DNA of 20,790 nucleotides from a virus (Duplodnaviria; Heunggongvirae; Uroviricota; Caudoviricetes): IMG/VR virus record IMGVR_UViG_2695420685_000016, positions 1 to 20,790 of that record; one strand, 5' to 3'. Shown piece by piece: positions 17,424 to 20,790 of this stretch (position 1 is its first letter; each line of letters starts with the position of its first letter). The notes under the pieces were generated by a model. It saw only the letters and a program-made list of their open reading frames with translations, ran no database searches and was not told where the DNA came from. The position numbers and the translations under genes were made by a program.

Positions 17424-18500
17424 TTACCCCCTGAAGCCCGGCGGAATTTCGTTATCCGGTTCAGAAATATGATTCACACAACGCTGGTTGTTCGTGCCGC
17501 TTACCGGGAGCAACCAGGGGTTCTCAAAATTCCGGTCCGGTCCAAAAAACGTCGTCGCTCGCTGAACAAATTCCGTTCCCGTTTTCCCGGTAGCCGCCAA
17601 GTATCTTGCGTAACGCCTCACGCCATCCAGCATGGCCTCTGGTGGCACCCCCTCGCGTAATCTGGCCTTCCATGCACTGAAAGCGGATTTCTTCGGGTTT
17701 GCTCCGGCACGCAACGGGTACTCCCGCCAGACCTGTTCGAACACATCCGGATAATCCACTCGTCCCACAGACAGCCCGGTGTTTTCCGGGACTACCCGAT
17801 CGGCTTCCCGCTGAATGGCGGAATCGGCTTCGGGCTGCTGCAGTTGGTGTGATTGCTCCAGCCTTGCGGTCATCACCTGCTGCACAGCGCCCGAATCGGC
17901 TTTCAGCGCATACGCTGAATCGGCTTCCGGTGTCGTGCCTGCTGGCTGACCAGGATTGACGGTCTGAACATCCCCTGCCTGGTTCGTGGCGTTTTTTACG
18001 CCATGGACCATAGTGTTTTGATCTTCTTGATCTGTATCTTTATCTGTATCTTTATCTGTCGTGACTCGTCGTGACATGTGCGTGACATTTCGTGACGCGC
18101 CGTGACAATCGCCATTTTGTTCCCGCTTTCTTTCCCTCTCTCGCTGCGCCCTCTTGCGCTCTGCAGGAGATTTTGCGGTTTGCGAAATATTGCCGTTGTC
18201 CTCTTTAAGCACCTGGCGTTTTTCCCATCCAGTGATTAAATCACCATCAAGTACCCGCCCCTGCATCGTCTGCAAAATTGAATCAATTACCTCTTCTGTC
18301 ACGTCGAGCGCACTTGCCAAATCTTCTGTCGTGACATCAATGTGACCTCGCGTGACATTTCGTGACGCGCTCACCAGGAGGTGGATATACACTGCCATCA
18401 CTGTTGCAATTGGCTGCCCTGACACCCTGGCAATTGTTCGCCACTTAGGGTCATTTGGCATGTCATGCCATAATCTGAGCCAGGCGTTAGCCATACTCAC
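17424..18500 (-). CDS. Phage replication initiation protein (O-like / YdaU-like) with origin iterons inside the gene
   Basis: 358 aa; two arrays of CGTGAC repeats lie within the coding sequence (encoding ASRNVT twice), as ori-lambda lies within O; position after the cro/cII-like genes. Confidence 0.65.
   Translation of the reverse strand: MSMANAWLRLWHDMPNDPKWRTIARVSGQPIATVMAVYIHLLVSASRNVTRGHIDVTTEDLASALDVTEEVIDSILQTMQGRVLDGDLITGWEKRQVLKEDNGNISQTAKSPAERKRAQRERERKREQNGDCHGASRNVTHMSRRVTTDKDTDKDTDQEDQNTMVHGVKNATNQAGDVQTVNPGQPAGTTPEADSAYALKADSGAVQQVMTARLEQSHQLQQPEADSAIQREADRVVPENTGLSVGRVDYPDVFEQVWREYPLRAGANPKKSAFSAWKARLREGVPPEAMLDGVRRYARYLAATGKTGTEFVQRATTFFGPDRNFENPWLLPVSGTNNQRCVNHISEPDNEIPPGFRG
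18030..18106. repeat. 12-bp tandem repeat (ATCTGTATCTTT x2.5) followed by five CGTGAC iterons at 10-11 bp spacing; candidate replication origin
   Basis: Tandem repeat 18030-18060; CGTGAC at 18060, 18070, 18081, 18091, 18101; one helical turn apart. Confidence 0.6.
18330..18366. repeat. Second iteron array (four C/TGTGAC repeats at 10-11 bp spacing)
   Basis: CGTGAC/TGTGAC at 18330, 18341, 18351, 18361; an inverted copy GTCACG at 18297-18302. Confidence 0.55.
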
Positions 18501-18565
18501 CTCTTCTGATACCGAATCTTTTTACTCACGAGTTGCCGGAAGCGATTCGATATGGCTATTGTCAG

Positions 18566-18991
18566 TCAATGTACTGCCACAGCATTTCCTGCCGGGCCAC
18601 CACGGTTCATCTGATTGAAACCGGCGATTGCCACTGCGACAAAATCATCAGCGTCTCTCACCAGTCGCTCCCGCGTCTCCACCAGCTCCCGAAAATAAGC
18701 TGAACTGTGGCTGCGCATTCTGGCCACCAGCAAAGGTGGCATTGCCTTTTCGATCGCTGGTAACAACGCCTGAATTTTTTCAACTGCATCAGGGGTGTCT
18801 TTCTCTACCCAGCGGAAAATTTTCTGGGTATTGCGAGCCAGGGCTTCCGGATGGCTGTCGTCATACAGTTCTGGGAACGTCATACCCAGTTCAAAATAAG
18901 CCCTGGTTATTTCAGCTGCCGGAACTTTTTCACCGTCCGGATGCGCCCAGGCATTCATCGCCATGCGGATGTGTTCATGCTTGATTTTCAT
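18566..18991 (-). CDS. YdaT-like protein (CII-like regulator of Rac-type prophages)
   Basis: 141 aa, begins MKIKHEHI...; overlaps the stop of the Cro-like gene (ATGA); assignment by recollection of the YdaT family and by cro-downstream position. Confidence 0.55.
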   Translation of the reverse strand: MKIKHEHIRMAMNAWAHPDGEKVPAAEITRAYFELGMTFPELYDDSHPEALARNTQKIFRWVEKDTPDAVEKIQALLPAIEKAMPPLLVARMRSHSSAYFRELVETRERLVRDADDFVAVAIAGFNQMNRGGPAGNAVAVH

Positions 18992-19242
18992 GAATCAACT
19001 CCCATCAGCTTTTTCGTAGTAGTTTTATTCCTGCCAATAGTTAAAATTGCATCGGCAGAAAATAATCCGTTTGATGCAAGAGCGATTTTTTCAGCGTAAT
19101 TTGTTTCGCCGGTATATTCTGTGCGAGGCAATTTTCCGTTATCCATCCATTTATAGATTGCTCTTTGGCTGACACCACAAACGTCGGCCACAACAGCAAC
19201 GCGAACAGTTTTGATTACATCTTCAAGTGTTTTCTGGTTCAT
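18988..19242 (-). CDS. Cro/YdaS-like HTH regulator
   Basis: Internal ATG at 19242 with GAGGGTGA RBS; HTH-like segment VADVCGVSQRAIYKWMDNGKLP; divergent from the repressor gene. Confidence 0.65.
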   Translation of the reverse strand: MNQKTLEDVIKTVRVAVVADVCGVSQRAIYKWMDNGKLPRTEYTGETNYAEKIALASNGLFSADAILTIGRNKTTTKKLMGVDS

Positions 19243-19321
19243 ATCACCCTCACAATGTGAACTTTGAGTACACGCTATAACAGAACTGACAGTACATTCA
19301 AGAGCGAATATCATTGAACTT
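19243..19321. promoter_or_regulatory. Divergent promoter/operator region between cro-like and repressor genes (OR-like)
   Basis: 79-bp intergenic region containing AATGTGAAC, GAGTACAC and AGTACATT half-site-like motifs; the repressor ATG has no obvious Shine-Dalgarno sequence. Confidence 0.5.
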
Positions 19322-19741
19322 ATGGTTCATGAAGATAAAGCGCGTAAAGAGTTCGCCAGTAGGCTTGCGCTAGCCTGTGAAAACGCTGGTTATGAACAAC
19401 ATGGAAGGCAGGCAGAAATTGCCCGTCGAATGAAATTAACACCAAAAGCGGTTAGCAAATGGTTTAATGGCGAAACAATTCCTCGCCGGGAGAAATTAAG
19501 GGAATTAGCAACACTAATAGGAACAACACCAACCTATCTTTTGGGAGAGGATACAGAAGAAAGTGGACAGGTACGTTTCTATCAGGAGTTAAATCCAAGA
19601 CAAAAAATCATCATTGACCTTCTGGACGAGCTCCCTGACAGTGAGACAGATGAACTTTTAAAAACTCTTGAAGAGAAAAAACAGAAGTACAATGCAATTT
19701 ACGAAGAGTTAGCACGAAAGAAAAAACAAAAAGCCTCTTAA
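19322..19741 (+). CDS. CI/RacR-like prophage repressor (N-terminal HTH, C-terminal charged helix)
   Basis: HTH-like segment QAEIARRMKLTPKAVSKWFNGETIP; divergent from the cro-like gene; C-terminal EELARKKKQKAS coiled-coil-like tail. Confidence 0.65.
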   Translation: MVHEDKARKEFASRLALACENAGYEQHGRQAEIARRMKLTPKAVSKWFNGETIPRREKLRELATLIGTTPTYLLGEDTEESGQVRFYQELNPRQKIIIDLLDELPDSETDELLKTLEEKKQKYNAIYEELARKKKQKAS

Positions 19742-19814
19742 ACCAGCATAAATCCGGTAGCGCCTTCCTCCGGGTTTGTGCTTCACTTTATCCCATCTCA
19801 TTTTTTTACACACA

Positions 19815-19858
19815 AAATGTACTAAATGTACTTTACAACAATGAACACAAAGTACATT
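19815..19858. promoter_or_regulatory. Candidate OL-like operator: tandem AAATGTACT x2 plus inverted AGTACATT
   Basis: AAATGTACT at 19815-19823 and 19824-19832; reverse-complement half-site AGTACATT at 19851-19858; downstream of the repressor and upstream of plus-strand early genes. Confidence 0.45.
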
Positions 19859-20038
19859 ATATACCTGCCACCCACCCCGCCCCACAGAATGCAGGGCAAT
19901 ACTTCGAGTTACCAGGCAGTGGTCAGGGGTTAAGTAGCCAGCCCGAGGCGTAAGAACATGACGGCAGGGTTCAACTTTAATAACTATGCAGCAGGTTTTT
20001 GTTCCGCTACCCCAGCGTTAAGGGGAAATGAGGTCAGC

Positions 20039-20194
20039 ATGGATACTATCGATCTTGGCAACAACGAATCTCTGGTGTACGGCGTGTTTCCCAACCAGGA
20101 CGGCACGTTCACCGCGATGACGTATACCAAAAGCAAAACGTTTAAAACCGAAAATGGTGCCCGTCGCTGGCTGGAAAGAAACTCAGGTGAGTGA
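20039..20194 (+). CDS. Small early-left protein (51 aa)
   Basis: ATG at 20039 with AAGGGGA RBS; product MDTIDLGNNESLVYGVFPNQDGTFTAMTYTKSKTFKTENGARRWLERNSGE; the longer listed ORF (from 19958) lacks an RBS. Confidence 0.45.
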   Translation: MDTIDLGNNESLVYGVFPNQDGTFTAMTYTKSKTFKTENGARRWLERNSGE

Positions 20195-20195
20195 T

Positions 20196-20324
20196 ATGGA
20201 TTTCGACACAATCATGGAAAAGGCTTACGAAGAATACTTCGAAGACCTTGCCGAAGGCGAAGAAGCTCTCAGCTTCAGTGAGTTTAAACAGGCGCTTTCC
20301 AGCTCGGCAAAATCTAACGGCTGA
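20196..20324 (+). CDS. Small acidic protein (42 aa)
   Basis: Hand-translated MDFDTIMEKAYEEYFEDLAEGEEALSFSEFKQALSSSAKSNG; ATG 2 nt after the upstream stop; below the ORF-track cutoff. Confidence 0.35.
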   Translation: MDFDTIMEKAYEEYFEDLAEGEEALSFSEFKQALSSSAKSNG

Positions 20325-20353
20325 TAAGCGAAGTAGCACCGCGAGGAATCAGT

Positions 20354-20572
20354 ATGCAGAAACGAGAACCCGTCATAATCGCGCCAGACTATACCGATGA
20401 TGAACTTTATGAGTGGATGCGCCAGAAAATTAATGCAGCGCAGGATCTGAAATGGGCTAATGAAGCCAGGGCTAAGCAGGCTGAAAATCTGTCCGCTCTG
20501 GAGCAGGATATCACCAATCTGGAAAAAGCAGCGGCATTAAGCATTGCCAGAATGATTACATACCCGCGTTAA
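20354..20572 (+). CDS. Hypothetical early-left protein (72 aa)
   Basis: ATG at 20354 with GAGGAA RBS; predicted helical/coiled-coil; no recognisable motif. Confidence 0.45.
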   Translation: MQKREPVIIAPDYTDDELYEWMRQKINAAQDLKWANEARAKQAENLSALEQDITNLEKAAALSIARMITYPR

Positions 20573-20790
20573 TAGCTAACCAACGAAGCTAAGGTTGGTA
20601 ATTAAGGAGTTCTCCACGGGTGAGGTGGAGTGCGTGCGCCGGACACGGGTGAGCATCCGGCACTGACAGTTTACTGAAAGGATATTTCCCTGAAAAGTCA
20701 GACCATAACGCGAAAGCGCACGGCGAGGTAGCTGGTTCATAGATAGCCTGTCGTTAAATTTTCGTCGACCGTGCGCTTCCGGTTGTGGCA

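Noticed and set aside
18030-18060. Tandem 12-bp repeat considered as a possible CRISPR or VNTR element
   Set aside because: Only 2.5 copies, no spacer/repeat alternation, and it lies in frame inside the replication gene (encoding DKDTDKDTD); better explained as origin-associated repeats.

Overview
This window reads as a nearly complete lambdoid prophage segment of an Enterobacteriaceae (E. coli-like) genome, lying in reverse orientation, with almost all genes on the minus strand. All family assignments come from reading the translated ORFs and recalling protein families; no database search was run. From high to low coordinates: an immunity region (CI/RacR-like repressor on +, divergent Cro/YdaS-like and CII/YdaT-like genes), a replication gene carrying internal iteron arrays, a nin-like block of small genes that includes a hok-family toxin, a DUF968 protein and RusA, then a Q antiterminator that appears interrupted by an in-frame TAA. 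Downstream of Q are a pR'/tR' late promoter-terminator pair, two tRNA genes (CAU and Arg-UCU), an AT-rich cargo locus at the position where Stx phages carry stx, and a P21-type lysis cassette (pinholin, an extra unknown gene, SAR endolysin, Rz/Rz1) with bor on the opposite strand. The left third is an HK97-like head module (HNH endonuclease, TerS, TerL, portal, protease, major capsid, connector and head-tail proteins). There is no CRISPR array, no rRNA, and no integrase or att site in the window. The best candidates for undescribed biology are the AT-rich cargo ORFs at 10440-11930, the unknown gene inside the lysis operon, and the chain of coupled small ORFs in the nin-like region; none has a function I can assign from sequence alone.
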